A DNA stretch of 64,000 nt from Oscillospiraceae bacterium. Its GTDB lineage: Bacteria > Bacillota > Clostridia > Oscillospirales > Ruminococcaceae. How positions within the stretch are numbered: the first letter of the stretch is position 1; the number at the start of each line of letters is the position of its first letter. The stretch covers positions 10,252 to 74,251 of the forward strand of contig JAZLJA010000036.1 in NCBI GenBank assembly GCA_045617625.1. Reading direction: 5' to 3'. Made by a program: the position numbers and the translations under genes. Below the pieces are notes generated by a model. It did no database searches and had not been told where the DNA came from. It saw only the letters and a list, made by a program, of their open reading frames with translations. Positions 27,871 to 36,684 of this stretch are shown piece after piece.

Positions 27871-29115
27871 TTATGAATCTAAGAAGCTGTCGATGTCGCG
27901 GGAGGAGGGATCATAGGTACGCTCGAGGATCGCCACATACTGACGGAACACGATCTTGCCGTTGATCGCCAGCACATCGTTTTCTTCGGGCACACCCAGT
28001 GCTGCCAGATCGGCATCGGTCAGATCAGCAAGTCTTGCCTCATAGGCAATGGTCAGCCCCAGATCGCGCATCTGTTCAAATGTCAGTGTAATGACATCGG
28101 TGGATTTTTTCAGCGTCAAGCCCTGCGATTCCGCAGTCTGTTCGCCGATCAGGTCTTTTTCGAGGCAAATGTCCAGGTTTCTGCGCTGTTTCCTGCTCAG
28201 GTCGCCGACTTCGTAATCCTTCGTGTAGCCCTTATCCAGACCGATGAGTTCCATCTGTTCCGCATTGAGGGTGAACGTCGTCTCCTTGTTGATGCGGAGC
28301 AGCTGTGCTGTGATATCCTCACGTTTTTCCACGCCCCAGTTTGCGACAAACTTGCACATCGGGCGTTTGATATAGATCTTTTTGCGGTAGCCTTTTGCGT
28401 AGAGCATGCATTCATTGTGACGGATGTCGTAATCGTTGGGTTCGATGGCAACATAGGTGCTGCCGTCCGCCTTATCCGTCACCTGCACGATCTCATAGCG
28501 GTAACCGCCGAGCGGGGAAGTGCCCTTGTCCACCACATCGTCAATGGAAGTTGTGGTGAGCAGCGAGCCTGCCGCCAGAAACAGGAATGTGCCGATAATG
28601 TAGATCATGACAAAAACCGCGCCGAACAGGGTCTTGGGGCCCTCCTTGACGCCGCTGAAAAAGTACGTCAGCACGATCATGATGCCCATTGGGATGATTA
28701 GCACCAGATATTCATAATTGGCAAGGAAAATGAATAAGTGGAACGGCATCGAAAGCATGATGCACAGCTTTGTGATGAACTGCCCCCTCGTATAAAGGAG
28801 CAGTGCCGTGTAGCAGAAGCAGATGAAAGACATCCGCCAGCAGAATGCGGTTTGTGATGCCTCAGGGATCTGAAGATCGTAGAACACGCTGTAATAGGCA
28901 AGCTTCACGATGCCCACCAGATAGAGAATGGAGAGCAGCGAGAGCAGAAACCGCACCAGGAACATGATCTTTTTGCCCTTTTGGGAGTTGATCGCCTCCC
29001 GCAGCTTTTCAAGGAAGCTGCCATTGCCGACAGCGGGTGAAGCAGCTGCAGCATTTCGCGTTGAAGTCATTTTGAAAAAAGCATCCCCTTTCGTGGATTC
29101 CTTCGCAGGCTCCAT
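27871..29115 (-). CDS. hypothetical polytopic membrane protein with soluble C-terminal domain
   Basis: About 5 predicted TMs, then about 230 aa containing three L(T/N)xEQMxxLGL-like motifs. The ATG at 29113-29115 shares one base with the pcrA stop (TGATG). Confidence 0.6.
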   Translation of the reverse strand: MEPAKESTKGDAFFKMTSTRNAAAASPAVGNGSFLEKLREAINSQKGKKIMFLVRFLLSLLSILYLVGIVKLAYYSVFYDLQIPEASQTAFCWRMSFICFCYTALLLYTRGQFITKLCIMLSMPFHLFIFLANYEYLVLIIPMGIMIVLTYFFSGVKEGPKTLFGAVFVMIYIIGTFLFLAAGSLLTTTSIDDVVDKGTSPLGGYRYEIVQVTDKADGSTYVAIEPNDYDIRHNECMLYAKGYRKKIYIKRPMCKFVANWGVEKREDITAQLLRINKETTFTLNAEQMELIGLDKGYTKDYEVGDLSRKQRRNLDICLEKDLIGEQTAESQGLTLKKSTDVITLTFEQMRDLGLTIAYEARLADLTDADLAALGVPEENDVLAINGKIVFRQYVAILERTYDPSSRDIDSFLDS

Positions 29116-31514
29116 CACTGGACCTTGCGGATACGCGTATAATTTGCAAGCACTTTTTTGGTGCCCACCTTGTCAAAGGCGATTTCCAGCAGGGTATCGC
29201 CGCTCATGGCAGTGGCACTCAAAACAGTACCCTCGCCGAACACGGAATGTCTGACGCGGTCGCCTGCCTCAAAATTGACGGGTGCGGCAGGAGCTTTCTT
29301 CTGCTGCTTTGCCTGTGCAAGCTGCTGCTGGAGAGTAATGGAATGCACGGCTGTCATGGGCTGGTCGGGCATTTCGGAGCGTGAGACCACGGTGCTGTCA
29401 TGCTTTTCGATGAACGCGGGGTCAATTTCCTTTAAGAAGCGGGACGTATAATTGCGGGAAGTCTGTCCGTGCAGCATTCTGTGATTGGTGTTGAGGACAT
29501 AGAGCATTTTCTTCGCACGGGTGATCGCCACATAGGCAAGTCTGCGCTCTTCTTCGAGGCTTTCCTGACTGTCGGCGCAGCGTGCGTTGGGGAAAATGCC
29601 GTCTTCCATGCCGAGCAGGAACACACTTTCATATTCAAGACCTTTTGCGGAGTGAATGGTCATCAGCGTGACGGCATCGGTAGATTCATCGGCGCGGTCC
29701 TGATCGGTATAGAGGGAGATCTCCTCAAGGAAGCCGTCAAGTGTTGGTTCCTCAGCAGTTTCGAGATAATTCATGATGCTGGTTTTCAGTTCCATGACGT
29801 TCTCGATGCGTGCTTCGCCTTCCTCGCCGAGGGTTTTGAGCATTTCGAGATAGCCTGTTTTTTCCAGCACCACATCATAGAATTTATCAAGTGTCATTTC
29901 CTCAGCGGCTGCGGCAAGCTGATCGAACATTTTTGCGATCGAGCGCATGGACGCAGCTTTTCGCTGCAAAACGGGATAATCGGCAGCGGTGCGCAGTACT
30001 TCGATCGGGGAGATGTGCAGATCGCCCGAAATGCCCATGATATCGGCAAGGGTCTGCGGTCCGATGCTGCGCTTCGGTTCGTTGATGATGCGCGAGAAGC
30101 GGAGCAGGTCGTTGTTGTTGTTGATGACGCACAGATAGGAAACGATGTCCTTGACTTCCTTGCGGTCATAGAATTTCAGACCGCCGTAGATGCGGTAAGG
30201 GATGCCTGCCTGTGCCAGATGACGTTCCAGACTGTTGGAAAGCGCGTGCGTGCGGTAAAGCACGGCATAATCGGCATACTTTCCGCCGTTTTTGACGCCT
30301 TCCTGCACGGTCTCCACGATGAAAGTTGCCTCATCGTTCTGATCCTGTGCTTTATACCAGTAAAGCTTTTCGCCTTCCTCGCCCGCAGTCCAGAGTGTCT
30401 TTTCCTTTCTGGATTCGTTGTGGGCGATCACGGAGTTTGCCGCATCGAGGATATTTTTGGTGGAGCGGTAATTCTGTTCCAGACGAATGGTTTTGCAGTT
30501 CGGGAACTGCTCCTCGAACGAAAGGATATTTTCGATGGTGGCGCCGCGGAACTTATAGATGCTCTGGTCATCATCACCCACGACGCACAGATTGCCGTAT
30601 TTTCCTGCAAGCAGGCGGATCAGCTCATACTGTGCCTTGTTGGTGTCCTGATATTCGTCCACGAGCAGATATTTGCAGCGGTTCTGATATTTATCCAGCA
30701 CATCGGGGCATTCACGGAACAGCTTGACCGTCAGCGCGATGATGTCGTCGAAATCGACGGCATTGGATGATTTCAGGCGGTTCTGATATACCTCATAGAC
30801 CTTTGCGATCTTTCCGCGGCGGAAATCGCCTTCAGCTTCGGCAAGGAGTTCTTCAGGCGAAAGCATTCTGTCTTTTGCGCGGCTGATCTCGTTGACCAGC
30901 ACCTTGGGCGGAAATGCCTTTTCGGTGATGCCTGCGCCGCTGATGGGATCGGAAACGGCAGGGTCATCGAGGCATGCCTTGATAACACGCTGGCTGTCAT
31001 CCTTATCATAAATGGTGAACGATTTGTCATAGCCCAGACGGTCGATGTGCTGACGGAGGATCCGCACGCACGCGCTGTGAAATGTCGCAGCCCAGATCTC
31101 CGAGGCAGCTTCTTCGCCCAGCATGGTTTCAAGACGGCTTTTGAGTTCTGCTGCCGCTTTGTTGGTGAATGTGATTGCCAGAATATTCCATCCGGGGATC
31201 GGATCCACAGCGGTCAGTTCCGCAAGACGCGCAGCGTCCATTTCGGATTTCCCCTCGGCGTAGGATTTCAGTTCGGCTTCCTCTTTTTTGGTGAGTGACG
31301 CCCCTTTGCCGTAAAATGCATCGCCGAACCGTATCATATATGCAATGCGGTTGACGATCGCCGTTGTTTTTCCGCTGCCTGCGCCTGCCAGCACGCTGAC
31401 AGGACCGTGAACAGTGGTGACGGCATCCTGTTGGGGCGGGTTGAGTCCCAAATCTGTCAGATATTTTTGAATTGCGGTTTGTTTCACGCTTAACATAGCT
31501 GAAATCTGCTCCAT
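29115..31514 (-). CDS. pcrA: ATP-dependent DNA helicase PcrA/UvrD
   Basis: SF1 helicase motifs AGAGSGKT, TFTNKAA, LLVDEYQDTN, VGDDDQSIYKFRGA, YRS, TIHSAKGLE and VAITRAK. The start is uncertain; candidates are 31556 (GTG), 31514 and 31496. Confidence 0.92.
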   Translation of the reverse strand: MEQISAMLSVKQTAIQKYLTDLGLNPPQQDAVTTVHGPVSVLAGAGSGKTTAIVNRIAYMIRFGDAFYGKGASLTKKEEAELKSYAEGKSEMDAARLAELTAVDPIPGWNILAITFTNKAAAELKSRLETMLGEEAASEIWAATFHSACVRILRQHIDRLGYDKSFTIYDKDDSQRVIKACLDDPAVSDPISGAGITEKAFPPKVLVNEISRAKDRMLSPEELLAEAEGDFRRGKIAKVYEVYQNRLKSSNAVDFDDIIALTVKLFRECPDVLDKYQNRCKYLLVDEYQDTNKAQYELIRLLAGKYGNLCVVGDDDQSIYKFRGATIENILSFEEQFPNCKTIRLEQNYRSTKNILDAANSVIAHNESRKEKTLWTAGEEGEKLYWYKAQDQNDEATFIVETVQEGVKNGGKYADYAVLYRTHALSNSLERHLAQAGIPYRIYGGLKFYDRKEVKDIVSYLCVINNNNDLLRFSRIINEPKRSIGPQTLADIMGISGDLHISPIEVLRTAADYPVLQRKAASMRSIAKMFDQLAAAAEEMTLDKFYDVVLEKTGYLEMLKTLGEEGEARIENVMELKTSIMNYLETAEEPTLDGFLEEISLYTDQDRADESTDAVTLMTIHSAKGLEYESVFLLGMEDGIFPNARCADSQESLEEERRLAYVAITRAKKMLYVLNTNHRMLHGQTSRNYTSRFLKEIDPAFIEKHDSTVVSRSEMPDQPMTAVHSITLQQQLAQAKQQKKAPAAPVNFEAGDRVRHSVFGEGTVLSATAMSGDTLLEIAFDKVGTKKVLANYTRIRKVQ

Positions 31515-31847
31515 TTCCTCATCATGTTGGAATTTTCGCAGGCATCTTCGCACCAATGCGTCATCCTGCGGCGATACATATTACATTATACCATAAAAAA
31601 TCGTGCTTGAAAAGCCCAGTTTGAAAATTTTTATGCTTTTTTTCAAAATTCCTGTTTCCGACAGGATTCTTTTTGCATATCTGGTGAATTTTGCACATTT
31701 TTCAAAAAAAGGCTTTATTTTTTTCAATTTTTCCTGTATAATAAAATAAGGTATCGTTTCATGCAGATACTGACATAATATAATACACAAGGGCTGTGCT
31801 TGTACGATACAACCCCTGAACGCTGCTTTGGAAAGGAGCGGTTCATC

Positions 31848-33224
31848 TTGAAGCTTCAACTGAACGAGAAACAACGCTCGATCGGCGTGATGATCATCTG
31901 GGTGTTTACCATCTGTCTGCTGATCGGCATCGGCATCTGGCGGTTTTCGGCACTCACTGCGGTTCTGAAAAAAATCATTTCCGTGCTTGCCCCCATCATC
32001 TGGGGTCTGGTGATCGCCTATCTGCTCAACCCGCTGATGAAATGGGCAGAGAAAGTCTTCGCAAAATTCATTGAGAAAAAGAAAAAGCATCCGGTTTTGC
32101 TGCGTGCCTCGGCGGTGGCGTTCAGTATTCTGGTGCTGCTTCTGGTACTGGTGGGTATGGTCGCCATGCTGCTGCCGGAACTTTACTCCAGCCTGAAAAG
32201 CCTGATGACCAGTTTTCCTGATTATATGACCTCTGCTTCAGCATGGGTCAGCAACCGCATCGCAGGCTTGAAGGATACGCAGCCGCAGATTCACGGGCTG
32301 CTCACCAATGTCTGGAACACGCTGCAAAACAATCTCTCCAATTTCGCAAGTGAATTTACCCCGAAGCTCGAAACACTCTCCGGGGGTGCCGATCTGATCG
32401 GTACCATCACAAGCGGTGCCATGACGGTCGTCAACGCCATGAAGAACTTTTTGCTGGGCATCATGGTGGCAGTTTATCTGCTCTATCACAAAGAGGAATA
32501 TCAGGCGCATTCAAAAATGTTCCTGTTTGCGTTTCTCCCTGAGCATACGGTTCACAGTATGCTGCATTACGGCTCGCATTTCACCCGCCGCTTCTCGGAT
32601 TTTCTCACGGGCAAAACACTGGATTCCGTCATCATCGGAATGCTCTGCTTCATCGGCATGACCATTCTGCGTATGCCATATGTCGCACTGATCTCGCTGA
32701 TCGTCGGCGTCACGAACATCATTCCGTTTTTCGGACCGTTCATCGGTGCCATTCCAAGCGGTGTGCTGATCCTGCTCTCGGAGCCTTCAAAGGTCATTCC
32801 GTTTGCAATTTTTATTCTCGCTTTGCAGCAGTTTGACGGCAACATTCTTGGCCCGAAGATCCTGGGCGGCACAATGGGCCTTTCCACGTTCTGGATCTTG
32901 TTTGCGATCTTTGTCGGCGGCGGCTTGTTCGGATTCGTCGGCATGGTGGCATTTGTACCGTTTGTGGCGGCACTTTCCACATCGGTGGTGGAAAAGGTCA
33001 AGGAGAATCTCAAGGAAAAAGGACTCCCCGATGAGGTGGAGGATTATATGGAAGGCGGCAGGATCTACGACCGCAAACCGACGGAAAAAATCAGGCTGTT
33101 CCCAAAATGGAAAGAACGCTTCAAGTTCTTGGACATCGACAAATCGGACAAGCCCGGCACTCCACAGATAAATATCACAGAGGAAAAATCTCCGGATACG
33201 ACCAACAGTGAGGAATCAAAATGA
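31848..33224 (+). CDS. AI-2E/PerM (UPF0118) family transporter
   Basis: About 8 TMs with the family-typical C-terminal core (IPFFGPFIGAIP...GNILGPKILG). A TTG at 31848 lies 9 nt after AAAGGAG, so the start is tentative. Confidence 0.8.
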   Translation: MKLQLNEKQRSIGVMIIWVFTICLLIGIGIWRFSALTAVLKKIISVLAPIIWGLVIAYLLNPLMKWAEKVFAKFIEKKKKHPVLLRASAVAFSILVLLLVLVGMVAMLLPELYSSLKSLMTSFPDYMTSASAWVSNRIAGLKDTQPQIHGLLTNVWNTLQNNLSNFASEFTPKLETLSGGADLIGTITSGAMTVVNAMKNFLLGIMVAVYLLYHKEEYQAHSKMFLFAFLPEHTVHSMLHYGSHFTRRFSDFLTGKTLDSVIIGMLCFIGMTILRMPYVALISLIVGVTNIIPFFGPFIGAIPSGVLILLSEPSKVIPFAIFILALQQFDGNILGPKILGGTMGLSTFWILFAIFVGGGLFGFVGMVAFVPFVAALSTSVVEKVKENLKEKGLPDEVEDYMEGGRIYDRKPTEKIRLFPKWKERFKFLDIDKSDKPGTPQINITEEKSPDTTNSEESK

Positions 33225-34150
33225 AAACGATCGCAGAAGTTCAGGCATCCGTGCGGATGCTGAAAGAAAAAACAGGAGTCTGCATCCTTGCACACAGCTA
33301 TCAGTCTCCTGAGATCCTCGAAATTGCCGACATCACAGGCGACAGCTATAAGCTGAGCGTCGCCGCATCGCAGACCGATGCGCAGAAACTGCTGGTCTGC
33401 GGCGTGCATTTCATGGCGGAGACAGCCAAGCTGCTGAATCCCGAAAAACAGGTATATGAAGCAAATCCGCTGGCAGGCTGCCCGATGGCGGAACAGTTTT
33501 CGCCGAAGGAAATACTCGCAGAACGGGAAAAAATCGGGGACTGTGCCATTGTGGCATATGTCAACACGACGGCGGCGATCAAGGCGGTCAGCGATGTGTG
33601 TGTGACCTCCTCCTCCGCAGTCGAGATCGTGCACAATATGCCGCAGACTGAAATGCTGTTCATCCCCGACTGCAATCTGGGCAGCTATGTGCAGACACAG
33701 TGCCCCGAAAAAAAGCTGCACTTCCTGAAAGGCGGCTGCCCCTATCACGGTGCGATCACCGCGGAAGAAGCAGAACGTGCAAAAGCCCTGCATCCTGCGG
33801 CAAAACTGCTGGTGCATCCTGAATGCAGTCCTGCGATCTCCGCAATGGCGGATTATGTCGGTGCAACATCAGGAATTCTCGCATTTGCGAAAAAATCGGA
33901 TGCAGAGGAATTTATCATCGGCACAGAAGTGAGCATCGTCATGCAGCTGCAGCTTGCCTGCCCCGAAAAACGCTTTTATCCGATCTCCACGCGTCTCATC
34001 TGCCCCGATATGCGCATCACCACCATTTCCGATATCGAGCGTGTGCTGCGTGAAATCGACGCAGATACTGCAAAGCCACTGACATTGCCTGACGATATCG
34101 CAGGCAAGGCGCGGCACTGTCTGGATGAGATGCTGCGTCTTGGAGGTTGA
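33221..34150 (+). CDS. nadA: quinolinate synthase
   Basis: NadA pattern ILAHSYQSPEI, VHFMAETAKLLNP, Cys ligands, HPEC. The ATG overlaps the transporter stop (ATGA). Confidence 0.9.
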   Translation: MKTIAEVQASVRMLKEKTGVCILAHSYQSPEILEIADITGDSYKLSVAASQTDAQKLLVCGVHFMAETAKLLNPEKQVYEANPLAGCPMAEQFSPKEILAEREKIGDCAIVAYVNTTAAIKAVSDVCVTSSSAVEIVHNMPQTEMLFIPDCNLGSYVQTQCPEKKLHFLKGGCPYHGAITAEEAERAKALHPAAKLLVHPECSPAISAMADYVGATSGILAFAKKSDAEEFIIGTEVSIVMQLQLACPEKRFYPISTRLICPDMRITTISDIERVLREIDADTAKPLTLPDDIAGKARHCLDEMLRLGG

Positions 34151-34154
34151 GGCG

Positions 34155-35480
34155 ATGGCAGTACAGCAAAGTGTGCAGGACCTCCAAATGCAGTATCAGG
34201 CTGTTTGCGAAAAGCTTCAGGTGTTGAAAAGCGAAAAACGGGAAAAAATAAATACTGCCGCGAAATATTGCCTGATCCTGTTCGGCGTCTGTATGCTCAT
34301 CCTTTCAGTGTGGGCATTGATTGATCACCAAACAGTGGATGTTGCGACTGTGATCAGCTTTTGTGTTTCCGGTCTGATTTCTTTTTCCGCACTGTGTTTC
34401 TGTTCCATATGGCTGCACCTGCGTTATCAGCGCAAAGAGCGTGCAATGGCAAAGCAATTCGGTGTTTTTCCCTTTCTGCGCCCTGAAATGAACATCTCTG
34501 TGCCGCAGTATGAAAAGCTTACCGAATATCAGCGGCAGAAAAACCGCGTCAACCTCCGGCTGCTTATACTTGCGGCGGCTGCTGGGGTCGTTACGCTGGC
34601 ATTCACACTCATGGAATTCGATTCCGAGGAGAAGCCTGTGTGCGTGGCGCTGGCAGCACTTGCTTTTATCGCGGTGCTTGGTGTGGCGACAATCATCGGA
34701 AACAACATTTTCAGAGCCAAAGTGCGCAGGGAATCGCCCGATCTGCTGGCACCCTATCCGTCCCTGCCGCCCGAACAGTATGCCAAATGGACGAAAAAGC
34801 GCAGGATACTGGCAGGCGTCATCGTCGGCTTGTTTGCACTTTTCGCGGCCGGTATCCCGCTGATCTGCATCTTTGCCGTCAATTTTGCGGAAAAGCTGCT
34901 CCCGTTTATTGTCTGGCTTGTCGTTATTCCGTTTATTCTTCTGTTCATATACTATAATAGATATCTTAGTCCGACTGTTTATCAGGAAACCGTTGCGAAA
35001 TCATGCGACCGGACAAACCGCAAGGCGATCATGGCTGCGGTTTTCGTGGTTGTCTGTGCGATGGGAGCGTATCTCTTTCTCGCAATATTTCGGACTATAG
35101 CCCAAGATGTTTATCGGAGTCAGGAAAGTGCTGCAAAGAGTATTTATCAAAGTGTGAAGATGTGGCAGTATGATCAGGATGCCGAAAATGCGCCCTATAC
35201 AGTTGATACGTTCATCTGGACAAAGGGTGATGCCGCGCCCGATGATGATAACTCCCTGCTTTCCCGTATCTTCTATTATTTCAACGATGCGGAGAGATGC
35301 AACTTTGCAGTGATCGCCGATGAAAACGGCGAACTCAGCTACGTGCTGGTCTCCCGCAGCGAGATCGACGAATCCGAACTTGCGTTTCCCGATCGTGACA
35401 AACAGTTTGAACTGGCTCTCACCATGTTCGGGCGCGACAAAGCCATCGCCTGCTATCCCGATACGATCGACGAAACATGA
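34155..35480 (+). CDS. hypothetical 7-TM protein with C-terminal ectodomain paralogous to the next gene
   Basis: N-terminal coiled segment, about 7 hydrophobic helices and a C-terminal domain of about 125 aa. The ATG lies 4 nt after the nadA stop, with GGAGG inside the nadA end. Confidence 0.6.
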   Translation: MAVQQSVQDLQMQYQAVCEKLQVLKSEKREKINTAAKYCLILFGVCMLILSVWALIDHQTVDVATVISFCVSGLISFSALCFCSIWLHLRYQRKERAMAKQFGVFPFLRPEMNISVPQYEKLTEYQRQKNRVNLRLLILAAAAGVVTLAFTLMEFDSEEKPVCVALAALAFIAVLGVATIIGNNIFRAKVRRESPDLLAPYPSLPPEQYAKWTKKRRILAGVIVGLFALFAAGIPLICIFAVNFAEKLLPFIVWLVVIPFILLFIYYNRYLSPTVYQETVAKSCDRTNRKAIMAAVFVVVCAMGAYLFLAIFRTIAQDVYRSQESAAKSIYQSVKMWQYDQDAENAPYTVDTFIWTKGDAAPDDDNSLLSRIFYYFNDAERCNFAVIADENGELSYVLVSRSEIDESELAFPDRDKQFELALTMFGRDKAIACYPDTIDET

Positions 35481-35517
35481 TCCTTACATACTGCACATAT
35501 ATAAAGGAGTAACCGAA

Positions 35518-36003
35518 ATGTCCGAAGCATCCGCAACACCCAAAAAGCATTCCCCGTGGCGATTGGTCGGCACTGTGCTGCTGATCGCTTTCATTGCCGC
35601 CCTGATTGTAGGTGGCACCATGTTTGTCAACCAAAGCACAGGATATGCCCGCGTGAAATCTGCGAACAGCCGCGCAAAATCCTTCTATGATGCAGTTATT
35701 GCCGCTGCCGATACACTTTCACGGAAAAAACAGCCGCTGACCTTTGAAACCATCGTACATCACAAAAACGAAAGCACTGCGGATAATCCGCTTTGGGAAA
35801 AGATCACGGAGTATTACGGTGAATTTTCTCAAGGCGACTACGCCATTGTGTGCAACGATAAAGGGGAGATCCTCCTCACACTGTATTCCGGCGGCACGAT
35901 CACCGATGAAGATCTTTCCGTGCCGAATCAGACGGAACAGCTGGATGCGGCATGCAGTGTGTTTCATCATGATGATCTCATCGGGTACTATATCCCCGCA
36001 TAA
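35518..36003 (+). CDS. hypothetical single-TM protein, ectodomain paralogous to C-terminus of upstream gene
   Basis: MSEASATPKKHSPW plus a TM LVGTVLLIAFIAALIVGGTMFV, then KSANSRAKSFYDAV... RBS AAAGGAG (35503-35509). Confidence 0.6.
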   Translation: MSEASATPKKHSPWRLVGTVLLIAFIAALIVGGTMFVNQSTGYARVKSANSRAKSFYDAVIAAADTLSRKKQPLTFETIVHHKNESTADNPLWEKITEYYGEFSQGDYAIVCNDKGEILLTLYSGGTITDEDLSVPNQTEQLDAACSVFHHDDLIGYYIPA

Positions 36004-36044
36004 ACATTTACCATACTATATCAGCGAAACGGAGGCTTTCCGAT

Positions 36045-36578
36045 ATGAGCGAATTTGAATATCAGTATCAGCCGCAAAAGCCGCAAACCAATATGGCTGC
36101 ACAGACCAATACGGCTGCACAGACGAAAATGACGGCACAGACCAATACGGCGGCACAAACCGATATGGCTGCGGAAAATGAGCAGCCGACGCAGGAATTT
36201 CAGAAGCGGCGTGCCATCACCAAAGAGGAACGGCAGCGTATGGTGCGGCAGGCAAATGTGGGCAAACGCTTTTGCCGCAACTGCGGTGAGGAAATTCAGG
36301 TCGGGGCGAGCGTCTGCGTGCACTGCAACACCGTGCTGAACCCTGTTGCGGTTCGTCATGCGCAGGAGATCGTCATGAACCGTCAGGCAAAGGTCACGAA
36401 GGGAATGCTCATCAAGAGCTTTTTCTTCCCGCGCAAGGGCATGAAGCTGTATCGTGAGAACATTGCCAACCGCCCGCAGGTCGCAGAACCCTGCAAAAAA
36501 GCGGCATGGGCAGGAAGGCTCACCCGCATCGGGATTGTGCTCGCTTTGGTCGCATTCGTTTTGATCTCTAGGATTTAA
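36045..36578 (+). CDS. zinc-ribbon protein with N-terminal Q/T/A hexapeptide repeats and C-terminal TM
   Basis: CRNCGEEIQVGASVCVHCN zinc ribbon. About five 18-nt tandem units encode (A)AQTNxA. The C-terminal TM is IGIVLALVAFVLI. RBS GGAGG. Confidence 0.6.
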   Translation: MSEFEYQYQPQKPQTNMAAQTNTAAQTKMTAQTNTAAQTDMAAENEQPTQEFQKRRAITKEERQRMVRQANVGKRFCRNCGEEIQVGASVCVHCNTVLNPVAVRHAQEIVMNRQAKVTKGMLIKSFFFPRKGMKLYRENIANRPQVAEPCKKAAWAGRLTRIGIVLALVAFVLISRI

Positions 36579-36581
36579 GGA

Positions 36582-36610
36582 TTGACATTTTGCCCGTAAT
36601 CGTGTAAAAT
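36582..36610 (+). promoter_or_regulatory. sigma-A-type promoter of tyrS
   Basis: TTGACA, a 17-nt spacer, then TAAAAT. Confidence 0.65.
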
Positions 36611-36684
36611 AAAAATGTATGCGGCAAAGGAAGTATCTCTGCCGCGCTTTCAAGTGATTATCATTGATAAGGAGTATATAGAAA

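Noticed and set aside
36579-36684. Possible T-box leader upstream of tyrS
   Set aside because: Only about 70 nt separate the -10 box from the start codon. That is far too short for a T-box, and no T-box sequence or terminator/antiterminator pair is visible.
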